Positions 37,782 through 46,591 of a DNA stretch of 64,000 nt are shown one piece after another (within the stretch, counting starts at the first letter, position 1; every line of letters begins with the position of its first letter). Source of the stretch: Microgenomates group bacterium Gr01-1014_5 (lineage in GTDB: Bacteria; Patescibacteriota; Microgenomatia; UBA8517; UBA10165); the NCBI GenBank assembly GCA_007376395.1, contig VMGE01000002.1:77118-141117 (forward strand), in the 5' to 3' direction. The notes under the pieces were generated by a model. The model saw nothing but the letters and a program-made list of their open reading frames with translations. It ran no database searches and was not told the DNA's origin. Both the position numbers and the translations under genes were made by a program.

Positions 37782-38279
37782 TTATTGATTGAAATTGCTA
37801 ACTTCTCGTACTTTATTTTGGAGTGATGTAAATACCTTTTTCAAATCAGCACCTTTGGCTTGCACTGTTTTTGTCGGTAAGACAGGGCTGAACAATAGCC
37901 ATTCTTGCGTATAAATACTGGGATCAACATAAATGTCGTGTTGCGGGTCAAAGCCGAAAGGGTATGCGCATCCTGGCTCTGCTCCAAAATATGCTTTTAA
38001 TTCTTCTGCGGTGGCCAGTCTAACTTTACTTGTACTTAAACTGTCTTTTATCGAATCGAAATCTAAACGTTTTCCCTGAAGAGTAACATAGACTGCAAAC
38101 TTATCGTCAACTTTGAGTACCATACATTTGGCTTCTGTGCCAAAGAAGCCTGTTTCCTTTTGTACTTGTGCTAAGTCCTCATAAGTCAGGGCATCCTTAT
38201 GGCTAAAAAGTTTATATTCTACTTTATTATTATCGAGGAGATTAATAAGATCTTGGTAAACAGAATTTGGGTCAACCAT
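37782..38279 (-). CDS. YbaK/ProX-like aminoacyl-tRNA deacylase domain protein
   Basis: Size and GAxxGxAYPFG-like motif consistent with the YbaK/EbsC family; weak call. Confidence 0.4.
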   Translation of the reverse strand: MVDPNSVYQDLINLLDNNKVEYKLFSHKDALTYEDLAQVQKETGFFGTEAKCMVLKVDDKFAVYVTLQGKRLDFDSIKDSLSTSKVRLATAEELKAYFGAEPGCAYPFGFDPQHDIYVDPSIYTQEWLLFSPVLPTKTVQAKGADLKKVFTSLQNKVREVSNFNQ

Positions 38280-38288
38280 ATGCCGATT

Positions 38289-38795
38289 CTACACGGCGAC
38301 ATCTATAATTTCCACTTTGTTAGTTTCTGTGTCATAAACAGCAAAAGATGGTTCAAGTGTTTTATGCAGCGCGCCTGGATTAACAAGAAGGGTATTGCTA
38401 CTTTCCCATTTTCGCCTCCGGTGTGTGTGTCCACAAAAACCAATATCAAATTTTTCTTTTTGAGCAATCTCTTCCAATAGAGTGGGGTAGTGAGAAACAC
38501 CGATATGTTTTCCATCGAATTCAAGTTTTAAGAAAGATTCGTTAAAGTTAATATTTGTTTCTTTCAAAACTTGCTGCATTCTAGGATCAATGTCGGCGTT
38601 TCCCAACACCCCGTAAACAGGTATTTTCACGCCATCAAACCCGATCAAATCGGGTTCAAATTGTTTCACGGCAAGAGGAGTGTTCCAATCTCCGCAATGG
38701 ATAATCGCTCCCGCCTTACACTCCTTGGCAAACCCAATAACGTGCTTGAGTCGCACAATGTTGTCATGGGAATCAGAGAGAATAATTATTCTCAT
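38289..38795 (-). CDS. metallophosphoesterase (YfcE/MJ0936 family)
   Basis: MRIIILSDSHDN, GDW, GHTH metal-binding motifs. Confidence 0.8.
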   Translation of the reverse strand: MRIIILSDSHDNIVRLKHVIGFAKECKAGAIIHCGDWNTPLAVKQFEPDLIGFDGVKIPVYGVLGNADIDPRMQQVLKETNINFNESFLKLEFDGKHIGVSHYPTLLEEIAQKEKFDIGFCGHTHRRRKWESSNTLLVNPGALHKTLEPSFAVYDTETNKVEIIDVAV

Positions 38796-38804
38796 TAGTT
38801 AAAA

Positions 38805-39848
38805 TTAATATTGGGGCAAATACTCTTTAATATTCTGATTAGTTAAACTTACTTGCTGCACTTTCCCCTCCACATACTCTTTAGCTATTTTACGGACAAT
38901 GCCTGAAATTGTCCTTTCCATGGTTCTTAAACCTGCGTCGAAACCTAATGGTCGCACAATGTTTGGCCACACTTCGTCCTGTACTTGCAGGACTTCGTGT
39001 GGCAAGCCAGACTCCCCAAGAACGCGCGGCAAAATATAGTTTTTGCCAATCTCAATTTTTTCCGTGTCTGTGTAAGAAGGCATGTGCATTACTTCCAAGC
39101 GGTCTAAAACTGCTGTGGCAATATTAGTCGTATTGTTTGCCGTAGTCACAAAAATAACTTCTGACAAATTCACCGGATAGTCGATGTAGTAATCCAAAAA
39201 GGCCTGATTTTGTTCCGGATCTAAAAGTTCAAGCAATACTCCCATTACTGCCGCCCTTCCTTTTTCGTCAACCCTATCAATTTCGTCAAGTAGGATTACC
39301 GGATTATTTACACCCACCTTTCTTAAAGCCTTGATTATCCGTCCGGGCTCTGATTCGGGATGAACTTTGGACTGCCCACGAAGCTCTAATACGTCCCCAA
39401 GACCTCCGAGAGCTATCCTAAAAAACTTGCGCCCTAAAGCCTCTGCGACAGAATACGCAACCGTCGTTTTACCAGTGCCTGCAAGGCCAACAAAGCACAA
39501 TATTGGAGCCCGTACAGGAAGTCCTTTATCACGGTTTAATTTAATAACAGCGATATATTCTAAAAGTCTCTCTTTAATATCTTCCAGGCCGTAGTGATTT
39601 TTGTCTAAAACTCCTTTTGTATGGGGTAAATCTAAAATATCTTCGCTTTTTTTCGTCCAAGGGATATTGACCAACCAGTCAACATAATCTGCCGTGCGGT
39701 CAACCTCGTCAAAGGCTTGGGTTGTCGCGCCAATGCGCTCTATGCGCGCCAAACGTTCTAAAACACGGGTAGCTAAATCTTCAGGAAGTCGCGCTTGCTC
39801 TACTTTTGTGCGAAGCTGGCCAATTTGCGCTGAAAGATCATCGGGCAT
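38805..39848 (-). CDS. stand-alone Lon-type AAA+ ATPase module (no N-terminal LON domain, no protease domain)
   Basis: Matches the Lon ATPase block by block (DxDHYGLEDIKERLLEYIAV, GLAGTGKTT, ILLDEIDRV, LLELLDPEQN, TAN sensor, LDRLEVM). It ends right where the Lon protease domain would begin, and the next gene is an unrelated phosphoesterase. Confidence 0.8.
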   Translation of the reverse strand: MPDDLSAQIGQLRTKVEQARLPEDLATRVLERLARIERIGATTQAFDEVDRTADYVDWLVNIPWTKKSEDILDLPHTKGVLDKNHYGLEDIKERLLEYIAVIKLNRDKGLPVRAPILCFVGLAGTGKTTVAYSVAEALGRKFFRIALGGLGDVLELRGQSKVHPESEPGRIIKALRKVGVNNPVILLDEIDRVDEKGRAAVMGVLLELLDPEQNQAFLDYYIDYPVNLSEVIFVTTANNTTNIATAVLDRLEVMHMPSYTDTEKIEIGKNYILPRVLGESGLPHEVLQVQDEVWPNIVRPLGFDAGLRTMERTISGIVRKIAKEYVEGKVQQVSLTNQNIKEYLPQY

Positions 39849-39945
39849 AACCTCAGTATATCAGAAGAGAGTTAAAACCTTTTCTTGCTAGGCGTAAGAA
39901 CCTCGCTTTGCGAGAACCTTGTGCCTTCTAAGTTAAACTGGAGGA

Positions 39946-42276
39946 TTAAAACCGCTTTTTTGAAGGCATGAAGCGGGAGGCTGGAAAATGAGGACCCCCT
40001 CCTTCGCCTTCGCTTCGGCGGGCAGATCCTTCTCGTCTACCTCCACCACCACTGCCGCGACTATCTCGTCCACCACTACGCGATCCTGCGTAGCCGGAAC
40101 GAGGAGCGTCATCTCTTCTTGGTCCTCTGTCATATCCTCTTGGTCCGCGATCCGATCCGCCACGGCTCTCGAATCTTCGCTCTCCGCCTCCCCGCTCTTC
40201 TCTGGGCTTGTCGGTTGAAGGATCCATGCGCATAGATAAATTAATTCTGCCTAAATTATCAACCTCGCGCACACGGACTTTTACTATGTCCCCTACTTTA
40301 ACAATATCGTTTGGATCTTTGACAAAATCCTCTGCCATGTCTGAAACATGTACCAATCCGTCTTTACCGGGAAGAATGTTTACAAATGCTCCAAACGGCT
40401 GAATTCTTGCCACTTCTCCATCATAAATTTCACCGGGCTGAACCTCTTTGACTATTCCTTCAATCGTATTTTTTGCCCTTTCGACAGCTTCTTGATCCAA
40501 TCCGGAAACAATAACCGATCCGTCGTCTTCAACATCAATCTGAGCTCCGGTATCGGCCATAATCCGCTTAATAATTTTTCCTCCCGGTCCTATAATTTCG
40601 CCAATTTTTTCAACCGGGACTTTGGTTTGGACAATTTTAGGAGCGTAAGTTGAAACAGCCTCTCTAGCGTTAGGTAAGGCCTTCTTCATTGTTTCGAGAA
40701 TGAACAATCTGCCCTTTTTCGCCTGTTCTAAAGCTTGGGTCAAAATCTCGAGTGTTAATTCTGGAGTCTTAACGTCTAGCTGTATTGCAGTTACACCAGT
40801 TTCTGTGCCCGTTACCTTAAAATCCATGTCTCCCATGCCGTCTTCTATACCCATAATGTCGGACAAAATCGCAACCTTGCCGCCCTCGATAATCAAACCC
40901 ATGGCAATTCCTGAAACAGGAGCCGTAATCGGCACACCAGCGTCCATTAAAGATAGAGTCGATCCGCAAGTAGAAGCCATAGAAGTCGAGCCATTAGAAG
41001 ACATCACTTCAGAGACCACCAGTATTGTATAAGGAAAGTCTGCTTCTGTCGGAAGCACTGGCATTAATGCACGCTCGGCTAAAGCTCCGTGCCCAATCTC
41101 TCGGCGTCCGGGCTGTCCGAAACGTCCTGTTTCTCCCGTTGAATAGGGAGGAAAATTGTAATGATGCATGTATCTTTTGCTTTCTTCTCCCTCAGCTGAC
41201 TCTAGGAGTTGAGAAAGGTTTGGGGCGCCAAGCGTCGTTACCGACAAAACCTGTGTTTGTCCGCGGCGAAACATGGCAGACCCATGAGTTCTTGGCAGAA
41301 GCCCAACTTCAGCCGTTAATTCGCGGATTTGGTCGTGTTTTCTTCCATCAAGCCGCACCCCAGACAACATTTGTTTGCGCACTTGTTTGCGCATTACCTT
41401 TTCGAAGGCTGGGCCTACAATATTCGCTTTTTCTACTCCGACTTCTTCGGCTATAGCCTGTTTTAACTCAGAGGCATTACTACCTCCCTCGTGAGACGCG
41501 TTATTTTTAGCAAATTCTAAAATTTGATCGCCAAACTTTTTATCAATAAGATTAGCCAACTCTTCATCTTCTTTGTCGTCAAACGCTACTTTTTGTACTC
41601 CAATTTTTTTACTGAGCTCTTCTATCCCTTTAATTATTTTTTGCGCTTCTTTTTGTCCAAAATCTAAAGCTTCCAAAAGTCTTTTTTCTGGAACTTGATT
41701 TGCCCCTGCCTCAATCATGAAGATGTTTTCTTTGTTGGTTGTTAAGACAAGATCCAAATCAGAAGTCTCTAGTTCCGATTGGAGAGGGTTTGCTATAAAA
41801 TCTTCCCCGCTTGTCCCTATCTTCAATGAGCCAACAGGCCCACGCCAGGGAATATTGGAAGTGGCGAGAGCCGCAGAAGCCGCGATCATCGCCAAAACTC
41901 CTGGGTCATTTTCTCCGTCTACAGATAAGACAGTCGCAATAACTTGAACGTCTTTTTTGTAAGTCTTGGGGAAAAGTGGACGGATAGAACGATCGATAAG
42001 CCGGCAGGTTAGAATTTCTTCATCGGTTGGGCGTCCGTCACGTTTTACCCAACGACTGCCTTTAATCCGGCCGCCTGCATATAGACGCATCGTATAATCA
42101 ACGGTCAGGGGGAAATAATCAAGCTCCATTTTAAGAGGTGCAGCAACAATGGTTACTAAAACCATTGTGTCGCCCTGACGGGCTACAATTGCAGAACTAG
42201 CTTGTTCGGCAAATCTGCCGTGTTCGAGAGTTAGAGTTTTTCCTCCAACCTTAATTTCTTGAGTTATAATCTTCAT
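39946..42276 (-). CDS. pnp: polynucleotide phosphorylase with C-terminal Arg/Gly-rich tail
   Basis: Two RNase PH domains, KH and S1 domains, then ~80 aa of RGG/RS-rich low-complexity sequence. Confidence 0.95.
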   Translation of the reverse strand: MKIITQEIKVGGKTLTLEHGRFAEQASSAIVARQGDTMVLVTIVAAPLKMELDYFPLTVDYTMRLYAGGRIKGSRWVKRDGRPTDEEILTCRLIDRSIRPLFPKTYKKDVQVIATVLSVDGENDPGVLAMIAASAALATSNIPWRGPVGSLKIGTSGEDFIANPLQSELETSDLDLVLTTNKENIFMIEAGANQVPEKRLLEALDFGQKEAQKIIKGIEELSKKIGVQKVAFDDKEDEELANLIDKKFGDQILEFAKNNASHEGGSNASELKQAIAEEVGVEKANIVGPAFEKVMRKQVRKQMLSGVRLDGRKHDQIRELTAEVGLLPRTHGSAMFRRGQTQVLSVTTLGAPNLSQLLESAEGEESKRYMHHYNFPPYSTGETGRFGQPGRREIGHGALAERALMPVLPTEADFPYTILVVSEVMSSNGSTSMASTCGSTLSLMDAGVPITAPVSGIAMGLIIEGGKVAILSDIMGIEDGMGDMDFKVTGTETGVTAIQLDVKTPELTLEILTQALEQAKKGRLFILETMKKALPNAREAVSTYAPKIVQTKVPVEKIGEIIGPGGKIIKRIMADTGAQIDVEDDGSVIVSGLDQEAVERAKNTIEGIVKEVQPGEIYDGEVARIQPFGAFVNILPGKDGLVHVSDMAEDFVKDPNDIVKVGDIVKVRVREVDNLGRINLSMRMDPSTDKPREERGGGERRFESRGGSDRGPRGYDRGPRRDDAPRSGYAGSRSGGRDSRGSGGGGRREGSARRSEGEGGGPHFPASRFMPSKKRF

Positions 42277-42322
42277 TTGTGTTTCGAGTAAAAGTATGTG
42301 AGGGTAGAAGTCTTTTACCTTG

Positions 42323-42592
42323 TTACTTTGACAAACTTAAACTACCTAACAATCCTTTATAACGTTCCTCGTGTTTGTTTTGCAAGTAGGAAAGCAAACG
42401 TCTGCGCTTGGCAACCATGGTTAACAGGCCGCGGCGTGAATGAGTATCTTTCTTGTGTTCTTGTAAATGCTTACTCAAACGAGTGATTTGTTCAGTCAAT
42501 AGCGCAACTTGTACTTCGGGACTTCCCGTATCCCCTTTGGCTTGACTAAATTTGTCAATTATCTGTTTTTTGTCGGTTGTAGTTAAAGACAT
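42323..42592 (-). CDS. rpsO: 30S ribosomal protein S15
   Basis: S15 signature ([26 protein letters not shown]); start set at ATG 42592, the track's TTG at 42613 is less likely. Confidence 0.9.
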   Translation of the reverse strand: MSLTTTDKKQIIDKFSQAKGDTGSPEVQVALLTEQITRLSKHLQEHKKDTHSRRGLLTMVAKRRRLLSYLQNKHEERYKGLLGSLSLSK

Positions 42593-42613
42593 ATTTCTGA
42601 CATGTAGTACCAA

Positions 42614-42635
42614 GCTTGTCCGCCTGCGGGCAAGC
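42614..42635 (-). ncRNA. stable hairpin in the rpsO 5' leader
   Basis: 9-bp stem (GCUUGCCCG/CGGACAAGC with one G-U pair), 4-nt loop, 22 nt upstream of the rpsO ATG; possible autoregulatory or processing structure. Confidence 0.3.
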
Positions 42636-42695
42636 CTAGAGTTACATCAAATTACATTGTAGCATGCCTGAGCTCAAATTCCAAGGTTGAATTAA

Positions 42696-43538
42696 TTAGC
42701 CAATATTGGAAGAGTCGCGAAATGCTGATAAATCTTCCGGCATGGTTTGGCGAACAACAGGCGCAGGTTGTGCAAACTGCGGCATAGCTACCGGCACTGA
42801 TCGCCTTGCTCCTGCTTTGAGCAGATCTCCTGCAAGTGTAAATGTTTCAGAACGAACCGTAGGTGCTGTAAAATTGGCAGTTCCGCTCTCTAACCCCGAG
42901 AAAAGATTAGTCGCCAAATCTTCGTCAAGGGGCACATCTAAAGCTTGAAGCACTTGGTAGGCAGTCTCGCTTATAGAAACGCCAGAAGCATCAATAAGCT
43001 CAATAGCTTTTGGCCAACCGGAAAGGGGGCTGTTGCCCAAAAGAGCTAAAGTTACATTTGGCAAGCTTTCTGTAAACTCCTTGTTTTGGGAAAAAATACC
43101 TAAACCTTCCGGATAATTAGCCCCAACCACAATTACTAAATTTGCGCCAATTCCAGCATAATTTAAGGTTACGTTTTCCTGTCCCGGGGCTTTATTGCCC
43201 GGTTTAGGAATAACTGTTAGAAAAAACTGGCCATTGTCTATATTGTAGGAAACTTTTTCTATATTGTCTGCCGGATAATTCGCAAAAGACAAAATGAGGT
43301 TTTTATCTCCCAAATCTTCACGAATTTTGTTTACTCCCACTAAACGGTTAAGCTCAACCGTAACCTGAGAGGGAGAAGAAACAGTCACAGCATACCCTTT
43401 TTTCTCCAATGCCATAGCTAGGCTCAAACCAGCAGCTGTAGCATCTATGTTTGGATTTTGCGGCAAAATAACAAGGATGGATTTTATCTCCCCCTTTGCA
43501 AGTAAATTTTGAAAACCAGCTATATCAGCAACTGCCAT
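42696..43538 (-). CDS. DHH/DHHA1-like phosphoesterase homolog (NrnA-like fold, catalytic motifs degenerate)
   Basis: ILVILPQNPNIDATAAGLSLAMAL occupies the position of the DHH motif I but lacks the Asp/His residues; the syntenic slot between infB and rpsO normally holds rbfA/truB/nrnA-type genes. Confidence 0.4.
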   Translation of the reverse strand: MAVADIAGFQNLLAKGEIKSILVILPQNPNIDATAAGLSLAMALEKKGYAVTVSSPSQVTVELNRLVGVNKIREDLGDKNLILSFANYPADNIEKVSYNIDNGQFFLTVIPKPGNKAPGQENVTLNYAGIGANLVIVVGANYPEGLGIFSQNKEFTESLPNVTLALLGNSPLSGWPKAIELIDASGVSISETAYQVLQALDVPLDEDLATNLFSGLESGTANFTAPTVRSETFTLAGDLLKAGARRSVPVAMPQFAQPAPVVRQTMPEDLSAFRDSSNIG

Positions 43539-43542
43539 GATT

Positions 43543-43660
43543 TTAGCGTATAGGAAATAGCGAGTAGCGTATAGTAAATTACAGAGAGCAGGATTGAAGC
43601 AGAATTTCCTGTGCGCTATACGCTAATAGCTATAAGCGTAGCTTGAAGCCGCCTTGCGGC
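43543..43660. repeat. cluster of direct/inverted AGCGTATAG repeats plus a GC hairpin in the infB - DHH-like intergenic region
   Basis: TTAGCGTATAG at 43543-43553 and its reverse complement CTATACGCTAA at 43616-43626; further AGCGTATAG at 43566-43574 and AGCGTAG at 43635-43641; hairpin GCCGCcttGCGGC at 43648-43660. Confidence 0.5.
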
Positions 43661-43672
43661 GACTATGAGCTA

Positions 43673-45121
43673 TTATTGTACCGATTCTATCACATCCCCG
43701 GTTCTGAAATCAAATTGCGGTTCAAAATAAGTACCAAACTCTTCACCTATCTGGTCAACCTTTCCCACTTCACTTTTCTGTTTTTTTAAAGATTCCAGTT
43801 TGACATTGCCTAGACTCTGTTCTTCCCTTACCAGCCTTACTTTATCGCTTTTGGTAATCCTTCCAGCCAACAGTTTGCAACCCGCAATCCGGGTTTTACC
43901 GTGTGAAAATTGAGCTATAACCTCTGCGCGGCCTAAGATTTTTTCTCTTAATTCTTCGGCCCTTTCTTTTTGCCATTTATCCACGTCGCGGGCTAATTCG
44001 TAAATAATTTTGTAGATGTAAACTAAAACTTTTTCCTCTTCAGCCAGTTTCAAAACATCCTTTCCCGCTTTTACATTAAAACCTACAACAACTGCCTTTT
44101 GCGGGGCGGCAACTAGAATATCTGACTCGATTATTTCCCCAACACCTGAAAGTAAAATCCCAACTTCCGGCGAAAGTTGCCCCAAGATTGCCTCAAGACT
44201 CCCTGCGGTATCTGCTTTAAGTATGATGGGGAAACCTTCGGTTTTTGGAATTTCTCTTTTTTCCTCTTTGGCAACTTCTGTACCCGATCCTTTATGGGTA
44301 ACCAGAGCCCCGACAGCAGGGAGCGCAGATAAACCAATTATTTCCACAGGATCGCCAGGGCCAGCCTCTTTAACCGGGGTGCCGTTTTGATCAAAAAGGC
44401 CGCGCGCTTTGCCTCCCACGCCCTCTGCATTTAAAAAGTCACCGATTTTTATCGTCCCGTTTTTTAAAACCGTACTTACCACTACTCCTCGCCTGGCATC
44501 CCTTTCTGCTTCAATGACATAAGCTTCAAGTTCTTCGTCAGGACTTCCCGATACATTGTTCAACTGGGCCATCAGAGAAATCATCTCCAATAAATCCTCT
44601 ACTCCTTGACCAGTCTTCGCCGAAACAGGGATGACAACTGTTTCTCCTCCGTAATCTTCGGGCACAATCTCTAATTCCAATAGTTGGTTTTTCACCTTGT
44701 CGACTTGCGCAGTCGGTAAATCGATTTTGGTTATAGCTACAAGAAATGGGGTTTTTGATTCGCGGATAAACTCAAGCGACTGTTTTGTTTGGGGCATAAT
44801 TCCGTCGTCTGCCGCTATTACCAAAATAGCCAGATCTGCAACTTTTGCTCCCCTGGCGCGCATTGCCTGAAAAGCTTCGTGACCGGGAGTATCAATAAAA
44901 GTAATTTTTTCGCCTTTTTGGGTCTTTACCTGCCAAGCTCCAATGCTTTGCGTAATTCCACCTGCCTCGCGGGCAATAACATTTGTGTTGCGGATACGGT
45001 CTAAAAGCGAGGTCTTGCCGTGGTCAACATGACCTAGAACAGCAACGATCGGCACGCTTAGCGTGCCATTTACCCCGCTAAGCGGGGTGGTGGACTTTGT
45101 TTTTTGAGAATTCTTCTCCAT
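43673..45121 (-). CDS. infB: translation initiation factor IF-2 (short form, 482 aa)
   Basis: G-domain GHVDHGKTSLLD, DTPGHEAF, NKID and C-terminal IF-2 beta-barrel domains; lacks the long N-terminal region. Confidence 0.95.
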   Translation of the reverse strand: MEKNSQKTKSTTPLSGVNGTLSVPIVAVLGHVDHGKTSLLDRIRNTNVIAREAGGITQSIGAWQVKTQKGEKITFIDTPGHEAFQAMRARGAKVADLAILVIAADDGIMPQTKQSLEFIRESKTPFLVAITKIDLPTAQVDKVKNQLLELEIVPEDYGGETVVIPVSAKTGQGVEDLLEMISLMAQLNNVSGSPDEELEAYVIEAERDARRGVVVSTVLKNGTIKIGDFLNAEGVGGKARGLFDQNGTPVKEAGPGDPVEIIGLSALPAVGALVTHKGSGTEVAKEEKREIPKTEGFPIILKADTAGSLEAILGQLSPEVGILLSGVGEIIESDILVAAPQKAVVVGFNVKAGKDVLKLAEEEKVLVYIYKIIYELARDVDKWQKERAEELREKILGRAEVIAQFSHGKTRIAGCKLLAGRITKSDKVRLVREEQSLGNVKLESLKKQKSEVGKVDQIGEEFGTYFEPQFDFRTGDVIESVQ

Positions 45122-45141
45122 GTAATTTAAAAGAAAACATC

Positions 45142-46245
45142 TTAACCTTCTTTTTGTTCTGGCTCGGGGGTTGGTGTCTCTTCGACTAGCGCTTCTTCAA
45201 TAACTGGAGCCGCTTGGTCATCTGCCGGCACAACCTGAGTTGTTTCTTCTGTTGGAGTCTTTTCAACCGGAATTCCGTCGATCTCAATTCTCCAACCGGT
45301 AAGCTTTACAGCCAAACGGACGTTTTGACCCTCTTTACCGATTGCTAAAGAAAGCTTGTCTTCCCCCACTTTAACCTTTGCTTCTTTGTTTTTTTCGTCC
45401 AGACTGACTTGTATTCCATCTGCCGGGGCAAGAGCCGCAGCGATAAGATCAGCCGTGTTTTCAGTCCAAGGGATAATGTCGATTTTCTCGCCATTAAGCT
45501 CGTTAATAACCGCTTGTACGCGCACACCCTTTTGTCCGACACAAGAACCAACCGGGTCTACTCCTGGTTGGGTTGAGTGCACAGCAATTTTTGTACGCGA
45601 ACCGGCTTCACGGGCTATAACCTTGACCTCAACTGCTCCGGAACCAATCTCCGGAACTTCGCGGGCGAACAGCTTTTTGACTAAATCAGGATCCGAACGC
45701 GAAAGAATGATTTCGCGGCCCCGCTCTGTTTCGCGGATTTCTTTTAGTAAATAAGTCAGCCTTTGATTGATGTTTAGGCGCTCTGAAGGAATTCTTTCGT
45801 TGGAAGGGACGATTCCTTCTGCCCGGCCAATATCAACTCTTACTGCTGGTCCGTCAAAACGCAGTACTATTCCTGAAACCAAAGATCCAATTCTGGTTTC
45901 ATATTGAGATAAAACAGAGTCTTTTTCTGCTTCTCTAATTTTTTGTAAAATTACCTGTTTTGCAGTTTGCGCGGCAATACGGCCAAATCCGGGAGGAGTA
46001 ATGTCTTTCTTTTCGTCTTCCTTTCCTTCTTCCCAAGTTAAAACTCTGGCTTCTCCGGTCTGCGAGTCAACATTTGCTTCAAGCTGAATTTCTTCTGTTT
46101 CTTCTCCGCGCTCGCGGGCATCCCTACGGTAAGCTGCTAAGATTGCTTGTTTAATTGTATCCAAGACAATTGCCGGATCAAGTCCGCGCTCTTTAGCAAT
46201 TGCGCTTAATGCTGAGGCAAATTCTGTTCTTGCTTGTGCTGCCAT
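45142..46245 (-). CDS. nusA: transcription termination/antitermination factor NusA
   Basis: NusA N-domain, S1 and two KH domains; start set at MAAQARTEF. Confidence 0.9.
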   Translation of the reverse strand: MAAQARTEFASALSAIAKERGLDPAIVLDTIKQAILAAYRRDARERGEETEEIQLEANVDSQTGEARVLTWEEGKEDEKKDITPPGFGRIAAQTAKQVILQKIREAEKDSVLSQYETRIGSLVSGIVLRFDGPAVRVDIGRAEGIVPSNERIPSERLNINQRLTYLLKEIRETERGREIILSRSDPDLVKKLFAREVPEIGSGAVEVKVIAREAGSRTKIAVHSTQPGVDPVGSCVGQKGVRVQAVINELNGEKIDIIPWTENTADLIAAALAPADGIQVSLDEKNKEAKVKVGEDKLSLAIGKEGQNVRLAVKLTGWRIEIDGIPVEKTPTEETTQVVPADDQAAPVIEEALVEETPTPEPEQKEG

Positions 46246-46335
46246 ATGTGTTTTTAACAAAAACGGCGGGTTGTGCCCACCGAATCCTACACTCAAAGAT
46301 GCTTCTAGTTTATATTGTTGGGCTCAAAATGTCAA

Positions 46336-46530
46336 TTAGTTGCTTGGGGACGGCTCTGGAGTGGGTTTTTCAACATAATCATTAGTTCGAGGATCGTAAA
46401 CATAAAGAGGTGTCAATACATCGGCAGGACCTCTATTGTCATTACGTTTTGGAACACAACGATCACCGGTAGGAATTCCGTGACCTACTACGGGTACCAA
46501 CCAAACTGGAGCTTCTATGTTTCTTTTCAC
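46336..46530 (-). CDS. small hypothetical ORF in the slot where rimP usually sits
   Basis: 64 aa, no motif; could be spurious. Confidence 0.2.
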   Translation of the reverse strand: MKRNIEAPVWLVPVVGHGIPTGDRCVPKRNDNRGPADVLTPLYVYDPRTNDYVEKPTPEPSPSN

Positions 46531-46591
46531 TATAGGCGTATAATAACAGAGGTTCTTTGCGCTGTCAACATTGCATTACGCGTAAGAACAA

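Noticed and set aside
38289-39848. Lon-like gene as a frameshifted pseudogene whose protease domain continues downstream
   Set aside because: The downstream ORF encodes a complete, unrelated metallophosphoesterase with its own start, so there is no residual S16 protease sequence.
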